DNA from: Nitrospirota bacterium
GTDB lineage: Bacteria; Nitrospirota; Nitrospiria; Nitrospirales; Nitrospiraceae
Assembly (NCBI GenBank): GCA_963701855.1
Contig: CAVPBK010000013.1
Location: forward strand, 41,574 to 105,573
Length of the DNA stretch: 64,000 bases
Direction: 5' to 3'
Made by a program: the position numbers and the translations under genes. This document shows positions 39,917 to 48,673 of this stretch, in pieces; the first letter of the stretch is position 1, and each line of letters begins with the position of its first letter. The notes beneath the pieces are model-generated. The model did not search any database and was not told the DNA's origin. It saw only the letters and a program-made list of their open reading frames with translations.

Positions 39917-39984
39917 CCCTAACGTCTGAATTCACCGGCCTGTGCGGATTTTTTGCCCAGGTCTGGTGGAATGATGGGTTAGCT
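39917..39984 (-). other. Integron attC site (cassette 1)
   Basis: AGCTAAC-ccatcattccaccagacctg...caggccggtgaattcagac-GTTAGGG, a classic attC layout. Confidence 0.88.
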
Positions 39985-40453
39985 CATAGACATGCTGCCG
40001 CGCTGGCATCGCCTTGGTAGTTGAAACCCATGATCGTTTCATCGATGGAGGGAGCGCCGATTGGCCGAACTAGTTCCATTTCTGGTCCAAAACATTCGAA
40101 ATAGTGCCAATTAAGCTTTGGTGACCAGTACTCGGAAAGCAACGCCGAGATGTCTTCAGAATTTTCCAGTCGTCGTTGAATTGCATGGACGATTGCCATC
40201 GGAGCTCTATGGAAATTTTCCATTTCAACTTCATACAGCCTAATTCCGTCTCTGGGCCACTGCTGTTTCATTGCGAATAATATGCAAATGCGAGATCGTC
40301 CGTCGCGCAAAGGCAGATTCCGCGCGATGGCAGACCAGATGGTCTGGCTTGATCAAGTGCCGGTACTGCAAGTGGATAAAAAACGGACTGCGAGGTTGCA
40401 GTTATTTTCTGCCCTTGTGAATAGTTGTTTTGGAAAGCGTGGAAGAGGCGCAC
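39984..40453 (-). pseudogene. Cassette 1 gene: DUF2441/ADP-ribosyltransferase-fold-like, frameshifted near 40275
   Basis: ORFs 40268..40453 and 39984..40310 join with one added base: LFHA..PSRGICLCATDDLAFAYY|FAMK..LYEVE..EYW..E. Confidence 0.6.
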
Positions 40454-40850
40454 TGAATACCAATCCTGCGAGCTAACTATTAAGTGAGCAGCGGCAGGGA
40501 CATGGCTACAGGCAGCCTATTCCTGACCGCGCCAGAACTCTGGTGACTGAAAAGCTGAAAGATCATCCGCATTTCGAGGATCTGTGTCAATAACCGCCCA
40601 CAAGAATACACTGCCATTCGCGCGGCCTATCTCCCTATTGGCCCGCAGCCTATTTCTGCCTGCCGGGCGGGGACACACAGTTTGCCCACCCTAACCAGTC
40701 TGCGGAGGCACGCACCACGTCCTCCTCGATTCAGAATATGCATGTAGAGATTCGAATGGCATCTGGAACTGTTTCAGACGCCAATAGGCGTGCTAGGGCT
40801 CTGAGCTTTGCCGAAGGAGCGAGAACCCGCCAAAACTCAGCCGAGAAAGG

Positions 40851-40921
40851 AAGCAGGAACTGACTGAAGTACTGCGATCTCAAGATCGCAGCCGAAGGAA
40901 TTCCAGAAGGCTTCCGCTCGG
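40851..40921 (-). repeat. Right copy of the inverted repeat pair (partner 38060..38130)
   Basis: Reverse complement reads CCGAGCGGAAGCCTTCTGGAATTCCTTCGGCTGCGATCTTGAGATCGCAGTACTTCAGTCA. Confidence 0.85.
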
Positions 40922-41019
40922 ATGAGTCCGAAGGTCGCTCCGAGAGGCGAGGAAGCGATGAGCCTTGGCACACGTCACTAGGTCTTTGTCGGAGAACCAA
41001 AGTGCCTGAATCGTAAAGC

Positions 41020-41268
41020 TCAAGAGCTTGGATGGCTTGTTAGGGATTTTCGATTGGGGAATTTGGAAGAAGTTAGTTCTCTGAGGCGTTGCCATCTGCG
41101 CGCAACTTCTTCAACGCCTCTCCTCCTCGCTTTAAGGTACCGTTTCAAAGAACCATCTTCTATTGCTTTCCGGTAGAGCTCATCCATCATATTGAACTTT
41201 TCCTCTATCGACATTCTGCAAAAATCTTTCTTGCTGTAATTCGATGAAGTGCCAGTCTTTGTTTTCAT
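41020..41268 (-). CDS. Small basic hypothetical protein coupled to gltD
   Basis: ATGA overlap with the gltD stop; more AT-rich than gltD. Confidence 0.45.
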   Translation of the reverse strand: MKTKTGTSSNYSKKDFCRMSIEEKFNMMDELYRKAIEDGSLKRYLKARRRGVEEVARRWQRLRELTSSKFPNRKSLTSHPSS

Positions 41269-42701
41269 TTCATTGACGCCTTCGCAGACTTTCCCGCGTG
41301 CAGATACTTATCAACCCCCGCCGCCATCTTTCTTCCTTCGGCAATCGCCCAGACGATGAGCGACGCGCCGCGCTTGGTGTCGCCGCCGGCAAAGACGCCG
41401 TCGAGGTTGGTCATGAAGTGTTCGTTCACTGACACCGCGCCACGTTGATCGTACTTCACGCCGAGGCTGTCCAGGAGACCATTCTTCACGGGGCCGGTGA
41501 AGCCCATTGCGAGCAACACGAGATCCGCATCCATGTCGAAGTCGCTGCTGGGAATCGGCGCGAACTTGCCGTTCTCGAACTTCACCCTGTTGCCGTGAAG
41601 CTTCGTGACCTGGCCATTGTGGCCGGTGAACTTCGTGGTCGAAATACTCCACTGTCGATCGCAGCCCTCTTCGTGCGCGTGCGAGGTGCGGAGCTGCATG
41701 GGCCAGAGCGGCCAGGGGGTTGAATCAGCGCGGGTCGCTGGCGGCTCCGGGAGTAATTCAAACTGATGCGCTTCGATACAGCCCTGCCGATGCGCAGTGC
41801 CGAGACAATCTGAGCCTGTGTCGCCGCCGCCGATGATGATGACACGCTTGCCCTTGGCCGTAATCGGCTCGTCCGTAACGGAAATTCCGGCGGTGCGCTT
41901 ATTCTGTTGGGTCAGGTATTCCATCGCCAGATGCACGCCTTTGAGTTCACGGCCAGGAATCGGCAGCTCACGGGCCTGCTCCGCGCCCATGGTGAGGCCG
42001 ACGGCATCGAACTGCGCTCGCAGTTGTTCGCCCGAAATGTCTTTCCCAATCGTCACACCGGTCTTGAACTCGACGCCCTCGGCTTTCATCTGCTCCAGCC
42101 GGCGGTCGATGACCCACTTTTCCATTTTGAAATCGGGGATGCCGTAGCGCAGCAGGCCGCCGATGCGATCGGACTTCTCAAAGAGAGTGACGCGATGCCC
42201 CGCGCGCGCCAATTGTTGCGCCGCCGCCATACCCGCCGGACCAGACCCGACAATGGCGACCGTCTTCCCTGTGTTGATGACGGGCAGCATCGGTTCGACA
42301 TATCCCTCGTTGAAGCCACGATCGACGACATTCCACTCGATGATGCGGATGGACACAGGGTCTTCGTTGATGCCGAGCACGCAAGCCCCTTCACAGGGCG
42401 CCGGGCAAAGCCGTCCGGTAAACTCAGGGAAATTATTCGTAGTGTGGAGCGCCTTGAGCGCGTCTTTCCAACGGCCACGATAGACGAGGTCGTTCCAGTC
42501 GGGAATCAAGTTGACAACTGGACAGCCGGTGTTACCCTGGCAAAACGGCACACCGCAGTCCATGCAGCGGGCACCCTGCGCCTTGAGCTTGTCTTCGGAG
42601 ATGGGCTCATACATCTCCTTCCAATCGAGCACGCGCAGCTCAACCGGTTTCCGCTTAGGGCCCTCACGGGCGTATTTCATGAACCCTTTGATATCACCCA
42701 T
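41265..42701 (-). CDS. gltD: Glutamate synthase small subunit
   Basis: RCMDCGVPFC, NNFPEFTGRLCPAPCE, GSGPAG, GGGDTGSDC. Confidence 0.97.
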   Translation of the reverse strand: MGDIKGFMKYAREGPKRKPVELRVLDWKEMYEPISEDKLKAQGARCMDCGVPFCQGNTGCPVVNLIPDWNDLVYRGRWKDALKALHTTNNFPEFTGRLCPAPCEGACVLGINEDPVSIRIIEWNVVDRGFNEGYVEPMLPVINTGKTVAIVGSGPAGMAAAQQLARAGHRVTLFEKSDRIGGLLRYGIPDFKMEKWVIDRRLEQMKAEGVEFKTGVTIGKDISGEQLRAQFDAVGLTMGAEQARELPIPGRELKGVHLAMEYLTQQNKRTAGISVTDEPITAKGKRVIIIGGGDTGSDCLGTAHRQGCIEAHQFELLPEPPATRADSTPWPLWPMQLRTSHAHEEGCDRQWSISTTKFTGHNGQVTKLHGNRVKFENGKFAPIPSSDFDMDADLVLLAMGFTGPVKNGLLDSLGVKYDQRGAVSVNEHFMTNLDGVFAGGDTKRGASLIVWAIAEGRKMAAGVDKYLHAGKSAKASMK

Positions 42702-42713
42702 TCTTCTTCCATT

Positions 42714-42783
42714 CAGGATGAGGATGAGGCTAAGGTCCAGGCTGAGAGATACGCTTCTTACTCGACCTCAGCCTTGACCTCGC
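42714..42783. repeat. 6-nt periodic hairpin repeat between gltB and gltD
   Basis: TCGACCTCAGCCTTGACCT is shared with repeat D; no terminal repeats. Confidence 0.65.
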
Positions 42784-42784
42784 T

Positions 42785-45700
42785 TTATTTCGCTGCGGCT
42801 GCTTTCTTCTTTCTCTCTTCCAAGACGCGCTTATAGTCCACCGGCATCACCTTCTCGAACTTCGGCAGCATTGATTCCCAGCTGTCGAGGATGCGCTTCG
42901 CGTTTCGGCTTCCGGTATGCATGAAGTGCGAGGTGATCATCTCATGCAGCGTCTTCTTGTCCTCCGCCGTCTTCACCTTTTCCAACTCCACCATGCCGAA
43001 GTTGCAGCGCGATGAGAACTTGTCTGATTCGTTCAATACAAACGCCACGCCGCCCGACATACCGGCTGCAAAGTTTCGTCCTGTTTGACCCAATACGACG
43101 ACCACCCCGCCGGTCATGTACTCGCAACCGTGATCGCCGGTCCCTTCGACGACCGCTCTGACACCGCTGTTCCGCACGGCAAACCGCTCGCCCGCCATGC
43201 CGTAGCAATAGGCTTCCCCTTGCGTCCCGCCATAGAGCGAGGTATTGCCGATGAGAATCGTTTCTTCCGGCACATAGAGCGCCTGCTTCGGCGGGAATAC
43301 AATAATCTTCCCGCCGGATAGTCCCTTGCCCAGATAGTCATTGGATTCGCCTTCGAGAATGAGCGTGATGCCACGGGACAGAAATGCGCCGAACGACTGT
43401 CCGGCAGAACCGGAGAACTTGATGGTGATGGTGTCTTCAGGCAACCCCTCAAGCCCATACTGTTTTGCCACGCGACTGGAGAGCATCGTCCCGACCGTGC
43501 GGTTCACATTTCTGATCGGCAGATCGAGCATAATTTTTTGCATCTTCTCCAATGCCGGCTTGCACAATTCAATCAGCTTGTTATCGAGCACGTCCGCGAG
43601 ACCATGGTCCTGCTTCTGCACGCAGTAGCGGGGGATCTCCGGCCCCACGTCCAGGGCGTGTAAGAGAGGGGTCAGATCCAGTCCCCTGGCCTTCCAATGA
43701 TCGACGGCCTTGTGGACTTTCAACTTATCCACCCGCCCGACCATCTCATTGACTGTCCGGAAGCCAAGTTTGGCCATGATCTGGCGTAATTCTTCCGCGA
43801 CGAAGAAAAAGAAATTCACGATATGTTCCGGTTGCCCGGCAAATTTCTTCCGCAAGGCCGGGTCCTGAGTCGCAATGCCGACGGGGCAGGTATTGAGGTG
43901 GCATTTCCGCATCATGATGCAGCCCTCGACAATCAAGGGCGCGGTGGCAAATCCGAACTCCTCCGCACCCAACAGAGTGGCGATCGCCACGTCGCGCCCG
44001 GTTTTCATCTGCCCGTCGGTCTCCACCCGGATACGACCACGCAGATCGTTCAGCACCAACGTTTGATGCGTCTCGGCCAAACCCAACTCCCACGGAACTC
44101 CTGCATACTTGATAGACGAGAGCGGAGAAGCGCCGGTACCGCCTGAATCGCCGCTGATGAGCACCTTATCCGCATGAGCTTTGGCTACCCCGGCTGCAAT
44201 CGTGCCGACTCCCACTTCCGACACGAGCTTGACCGATACCGCCGCGTCCGGATTGGAATTCTTCAAATCGAAAATGAGCTGCGCCAGATCTTCGATGGAA
44301 TAGATGTCGTGGTGCGGAGGCGGCGAAATGAGCTGCACGCCGGGCGTCGCATAACGAAATCGCGCAATGTTTTCATCGACCTTGTGGCCTGGCAACTGAC
44401 CACCTTCGCCCGGTTTGGCGCCCTGCGCCATCTTGATCTGCAGTTCTTTCGCATTCACCAAGTAATGGCTCGTGACACCGAACCGCGCCGAGGCGACCTG
44501 CTTGATGTAGCTGTTCTTCGAATCGCCGTTCGGTAGCGGAACGAATCGAGCCGGGTCTTCTCCACCCTCGCCGGTGTTGCTTTTGGCACCCAGGCGGTTC
44601 ATCGCGATCGCCATGGTCTCATGCGCTTCCTTGCTGATTGAACCGAAGGACATGGCACCCGTCGTAAACCGCTTGACGATTTCCTTGGCCGATTCCACTT
44701 CCTCGACCGGAATCGGTTCAGGCAGGAACTTGAACTCGAGGAGCCCTCGCAGGTTTGAGCGCCGCTTGCTCTCGTCGTTCACGAGCTGGGAAAACTCGGC
44801 AAAGGTCTTGGGATCGTTGGCCTTCGTCGCGTGCTGCAGCTTTGAAATCGTGTCCGGATTCCAATTGTGGTGCTCGCCCTGGATGCGGTAATGGATCTCC
44901 CCGCCGAAATCGAGTTGTCGTATCGGCGTCGGCTCATAGGCCAGGTGGTGGCGCCGGAGCGTCTCTTCGCCGACCTCACGGATGCCGATCCCCTCCACGC
45001 GCGACGGCGTGCCGGTGAAGTATCGGCCGATGAGTTCACGATTCAATCCGATGGCCTCAAAGATCTGCGCGCCGCAGTAGGATTGCACCGTCGAGATGCC
45101 CATCTTCGAGAAGATCTTGAGCAGTCCCTTATTGATCGCCTTGATGTACTTGCCTTCTGCGGTCTGCGCGTCCAACCCCTCGGGGAAGTAGCTCTCGCGA
45201 TCCAGATCCACGATCGACTCAAATGCGAGGTACGGATTCACAGCCCCGGCTCCATAGCCGATCAAACAGGCGAAGTGATGCACATCGCGTGGCTCGCCGC
45301 TCTCCACGATGAGGCCGACTTCGGTTCTCGTGCAGTCGCGCACCAGATGATGATGAACGGACGCGATGCCGAGAAGACTCGGAATCGGCGCCCATTCTTC
45401 GTTCATCCCTCGATCGCTCAAGATCAGAAACTTGTAGCCATCTTTGATCGCCTGGGAAGCCTGCCGACAGAGATCGTCCACTGCTGCCCCAAGTCCCTCC
45501 GGCCCTTCGGCCACACGGAACAGCATCTTGAGCGTCTTGCTCATAAAATGCGGATCAGCAAGTTCACGAATCTTCTGGAGTTCGGCATTCGTCAGAATCG
45601 GCTGCTTGACCCGAATGCGACGGCAGGCCTCCGGATGCTCATCCATCAGATTCGGCTTGGGCCCGATACTGGTCGTCAGCGACATCACCAGCTCTTCGCG

Positions 45701-47302
45701 GATCGGATCGATCGGCGGATTGGTCACCTGGGCGAACAGCTGCTTGAAATACTTGAAGAGTAGTTGCGGCCGATCGGACAACACCGCCAACGGCGTATCT
45801 GTACCCATCGAAGACGTCGTTTCCTGCCCCTCTACCACCATGGGCGTGATGACCATCTTTAACTCTTCGATGGTGTAGCTGAAAGCCAGCTGGCGCTGGC
45901 GAAGCGTCAAGTGGTCCGGCTGCGGCACATTGCTCGGATCGGGCAACTCGTCGAGCGAAATCCGATATTGCGTGACCCAGGACCGGTAGGGCTTGCGGCT
46001 CACGATCTCGGCTTTCACTTCCTCGTCATCGATAATGCGCCCTTGCACGGTATCGACCATGAACATCCGGCCCGGCATGAGGCGCCCCTTCTGCCTGATC
46101 TTCCGAACATCCATCGGCAGCACACCGGCTTCCGAGGCCAAAATCACCAGGCCGTCCGTCGTCACTTGATAGCGGCAGGGGCGCAGCCCGTTGCGATCGA
46201 GCGTCGCGCCGATGAACTTGCCGTCGGTGAAACAGACCGCCGCCGGACCGTCCCAGGGCTCCTGCATCGCCGCGTGATACTCATAGAACCCCCGCCGGTC
46301 GAGATCCATTTGAGGATTCGCGACCCAGGGTTCGGGAATCAGCATCATCATCGCGTGCGGGAGAGAGCGGCCTCCCATGGTCAGGAATTCCACGGCATTG
46401 TCCAGACAAGCGGAGTCGCTCTGCTTCTCGGAGACAATCGGATAAAGCTTAGCCAGATCCTGGCCGAATAGTTCGGAGTTGAGCCGCCCTTGCCTGGCGC
46501 GCATCCAATTCACATTGCCCTTGAGCGTATTGATCTCGCCGTTATGGCAAATGTAGCGATAAGGATGCGCCAACGGCCACGTGGGGAACGTGTTCGTGCT
46601 GAAGCGGGAGTGCACAAGGGCGAGCGCGCTCATCAAGCGCTCATCCTTCAGGTCCTGGTAGTAGTCTGACATCTGCTCCGGAAGTAACAGCCCCTTGTAC
46701 ACAATCGTATTCGCCGACAGGCTTGAGATGTAGAAGTAGTCACGCCCCTGAATCGCCGATTCGCGGATGGCCGTTTCCACACGCTTGCGAATAACATAGA
46801 GCTTGCGTTCAAACTGCCCTTCATTGAGGACATCGCGGGCAATGAACACCTGCCGCATAAACGGCTCGGTACTGCGCGCCACAGCGCCGATCGCATCGCT
46901 CTTGACCGGCACATCGCGCCAGCCAAGAAGCCGAGCGCCCTCTTCGCCGATCATTCGGGAAAAGAGCGCCTCACACTGTTGCCGGGCATCGACTTCGCGC
47001 GGGAGAAATACCATCCCGACGCCATACTCTCCGGCATTGGGCAGAGCGACTCTCGCATCGCCGGCCGCACGCTTGAGAAATTCGTGCGGGATTTGAAGCA
47101 GAATCCCGGCGCCGTCCCCCGTGCAAGGGTCACAGCCCTGCGCCCCCCGATGACTCAGACTCTCAAGAATCTGAAGTCCCTGCTGAACAATGGAATGAGA
47201 CTTCTCGCCCTTGATATTGACGATAAAGCCTATGCCACAGGAGTCTTTCTCCTGCTCAGGGTCGTACAGGCCTTGTTTCGGCGGAAGACCGGGAATGCTC
47301 AT
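42785..47302 (-). CDS. gltB: Glutamate synthase large subunit
   Basis: KDSCGIGF, HSRFSTNTFP, IKMAQGAKPGEGGQLPG, CIMMRKCHLNTCPVG. Confidence 0.98.
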   Translation of the reverse strand: MSIPGLPPKQGLYDPEQEKDSCGIGFIVNIKGEKSHSIVQQGLQILESLSHRGAQGCDPCTGDGAGILLQIPHEFLKRAAGDARVALPNAGEYGVGMVFLPREVDARQQCEALFSRMIGEEGARLLGWRDVPVKSDAIGAVARSTEPFMRQVFIARDVLNEGQFERKLYVIRKRVETAIRESAIQGRDYFYISSLSANTIVYKGLLLPEQMSDYYQDLKDERLMSALALVHSRFSTNTFPTWPLAHPYRYICHNGEINTLKGNVNWMRARQGRLNSELFGQDLAKLYPIVSEKQSDSACLDNAVEFLTMGGRSLPHAMMMLIPEPWVANPQMDLDRRGFYEYHAAMQEPWDGPAAVCFTDGKFIGATLDRNGLRPCRYQVTTDGLVILASEAGVLPMDVRKIRQKGRLMPGRMFMVDTVQGRIIDDEEVKAEIVSRKPYRSWVTQYRISLDELPDPSNVPQPDHLTLRQRQLAFSYTIEELKMVITPMVVEGQETTSSMGTDTPLAVLSDRPQLLFKYFKQLFAQVTNPPIDPIREELVMSLTTSIGPKPNLMDEHPEACRRIRVKQPILTNAELQKIRELADPHFMSKTLKMLFRVAEGPEGLGAAVDDLCRQASQAIKDGYKFLILSDRGMNEEWAPIPSLLGIASVHHHLVRDCTRTEVGLIVESGEPRDVHHFACLIGYGAGAVNPYLAFESIVDLDRESYFPEGLDAQTAEGKYIKAINKGLLKIFSKMGISTVQSYCGAQIFEAIGLNRELIGRYFTGTPSRVEGIGIREVGEETLRRHHLAYEPTPIRQLDFGGEIHYRIQGEHHNWNPDTISKLQHATKANDPKTFAEFSQLVNDESKRRSNLRGLLEFKFLPEPIPVEEVESAKEIVKRFTTGAMSFGSISKEAHETMAIAMNRLGAKSNTGEGGEDPARFVPLPNGDSKNSYIKQVASARFGVTSHYLVNAKELQIKMAQGAKPGEGGQLPGHKVDENIARFRYATPGVQLISPPPHHDIYSIEDLAQLIFDLKNSNPDAAVSVKLVSEVGVGTIAAGVAKAHADKVLISGDSGGTGASPLSSIKYAGVPWELGLAETHQTLVLNDLRGRIRVETDGQMKTGRDVAIATLLGAEEFGFATAPLIVEGCIMMRKCHLNTCPVGIATQDPALRKKFAGQPEHIVNFFFFVAEELRQIMAKLGFRTVNEMVGRVDKLKVHKAVDHWKARGLDLTPLLHALDVGPEIPRYCVQKQDHGLADVLDNKLIELCKPALEKMQKIMLDLPIRNVNRTVGTMLSSRVAKQYGLEGLPEDTITIKFSGSAGQSFGAFLSRGITLILEGESNDYLGKGLSGGKIIVFPPKQALYVPEETILIGNTSLYGGTQGEAYCYGMAGERFAVRNSGVRAVVEGTGDHGCEYMTGGVVVVLGQTGRNFAAGMSGGVAFVLNESDKFSSRCNFGMVELEKVKTAEDKKTLHEMITSHFMHTGSRNAKRILDSWESMLPKFEKVMPVDYKRVLEERKKKAAAAK

Positions 47303-47546
47303 CGTTCGTATCTCGTTAAAAATGTAGGCGTGTATGCTACTGAACTGAGGCTATACCAGGGAAGCAATCGGGATGGCTAACCCCGTCACTCACAAGGCAA
47401 ATTCCGTTCATTTTCGTCCCGTTCACCTTAATAGAAGCACGATTCTCCTGTCAAGATTACCTCTGGCACAACAGGCCCGTGTCGGCCGCCCCTCAAAGGG
47501 GTCACCAGCTTGACTTTGTTTCCTTCTCTGCCCTACCATCCGCCCC

Positions 47547-48551
47547 ATGTCTGAAGGCCCAATTACTTCCACGATCAACACCATGGCGGACGTCTGGGAG
47601 GCGTACCGCGATGAATTGGAGGGGATGGAACGACAGGCTCGGACAAACCTCGACTCCAGTGTGGCACTCGTCAATACCGTCGCCGCCCACATCCTGAACA
47701 GCGGCGGAAAGAGAATCCGACCATTTTTGCTGCTGCTCTCTGCCCGTCTCTGCGGCTATACCGGTCGCGATCATCACCAACTCGCCAGTCTGGTGGAGTT
47801 CATTCATACCGCGTCCCTGCTCCATGACGATGTGGTCGACGAGGCCGATATCCGCCGAGGACGGCGAACCGCCAGAAAAGTCTGGGGCAACCAAATCAGT
47901 ATCCTCGTCGGTGACTACCTCTACTCCAAAGCTTTCTGCCAAGTCGTCGACTTCCATAACCATGGGATTAACGAAGTGCTCGGCGATGCCTGTAAGAAGA
48001 TGGCGGAAGGCGAAGTGCTTCAGCTCTATTACAACGGCAACCCCTCCATGTCGGAAACGGAATATCTCAAGATTGTCGAATACAAAACGGCCGGCCTGAT
48101 TGCCGCCGCTTGTCGCATGGGCGCTTTGCTCGCAGATGCTCCAGAGACCCAGCAGGATGCGCTCTTCCAGTTCGGCCTGCATCTTGGGATCGCCTTCCAA
48201 GTGGCCGACGATACGCTCGACTATACGGCCAATGGAGAACACTTAGGCAAGTCGCTGGGACAGGATCTCCGCCAAGGCAAAGCCACGCTGCCGCTGTTAC
48301 ATCTTCTGCATCATTGTTCGGAGCAGGACCGGCAGATGATCGTCGACCGTATGGAACGCAGGTCCCTCACAGAGGAAGACCTTGGGCGATTCATCCACTT
48401 AATGGAAAAAATGGGCTCGATTACTTATGCCATGGATCGCGCACGATCCTATATCGCTGCAGCCCAACAAGATCTCAACCAGTTCGAAGACAGTACGGCC
48501 AAACGAGCTCTCTCGGTGACCGCCGACTACATGGTTACCCGCGACCGTTAG
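47547..48551 (+). CDS. ispB: Polyprenyl (octaprenyl) diphosphate synthase
   Basis: GGKRIRP, HDDVVD..RRG, FQVADDTLD, GQDLRQGK. Confidence 0.9.
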   Translation: MSEGPITSTINTMADVWEAYRDELEGMERQARTNLDSSVALVNTVAAHILNSGGKRIRPFLLLLSARLCGYTGRDHHQLASLVEFIHTASLLHDDVVDEADIRRGRRTARKVWGNQISILVGDYLYSKAFCQVVDFHNHGINEVLGDACKKMAEGEVLQLYYNGNPSMSETEYLKIVEYKTAGLIAAACRMGALLADAPETQQDALFQFGLHLGIAFQVADDTLDYTANGEHLGKSLGQDLRQGKATLPLLHLLHHCSEQDRQMIVDRMERRSLTEEDLGRFIHLMEKMGSITYAMDRARSYIAAAQQDLNQFEDSTAKRALSVTADYMVTRDR

Positions 48552-48673
48552 TCTTTCTTCTGCGTGTTCCACGCCCCCGGGGCATCGGAAGGCGTCGCGC
48601 AGCGGGAAAGACCCACCCTTGGTGTCGTTGCGCCGCAACGACTATGACCACTTACAACGTAGAGGATTTCACT

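Noticed and set aside
48552..48670. Riboswitch upstream of the DUF1015 gene
   Set aside because: GC-rich and possibly structured, but I could not match it to any riboswitch consensus; an Rfam scan would be needed.
48110..48673. N-terminal extensions given by the ORF track (DUF1015, also cusB, amgK, eboF, PIN)
   Set aside because: They overlap upstream genes, repeats or attC sites; downstream starts fit RBS, promoter and domain boundaries better.
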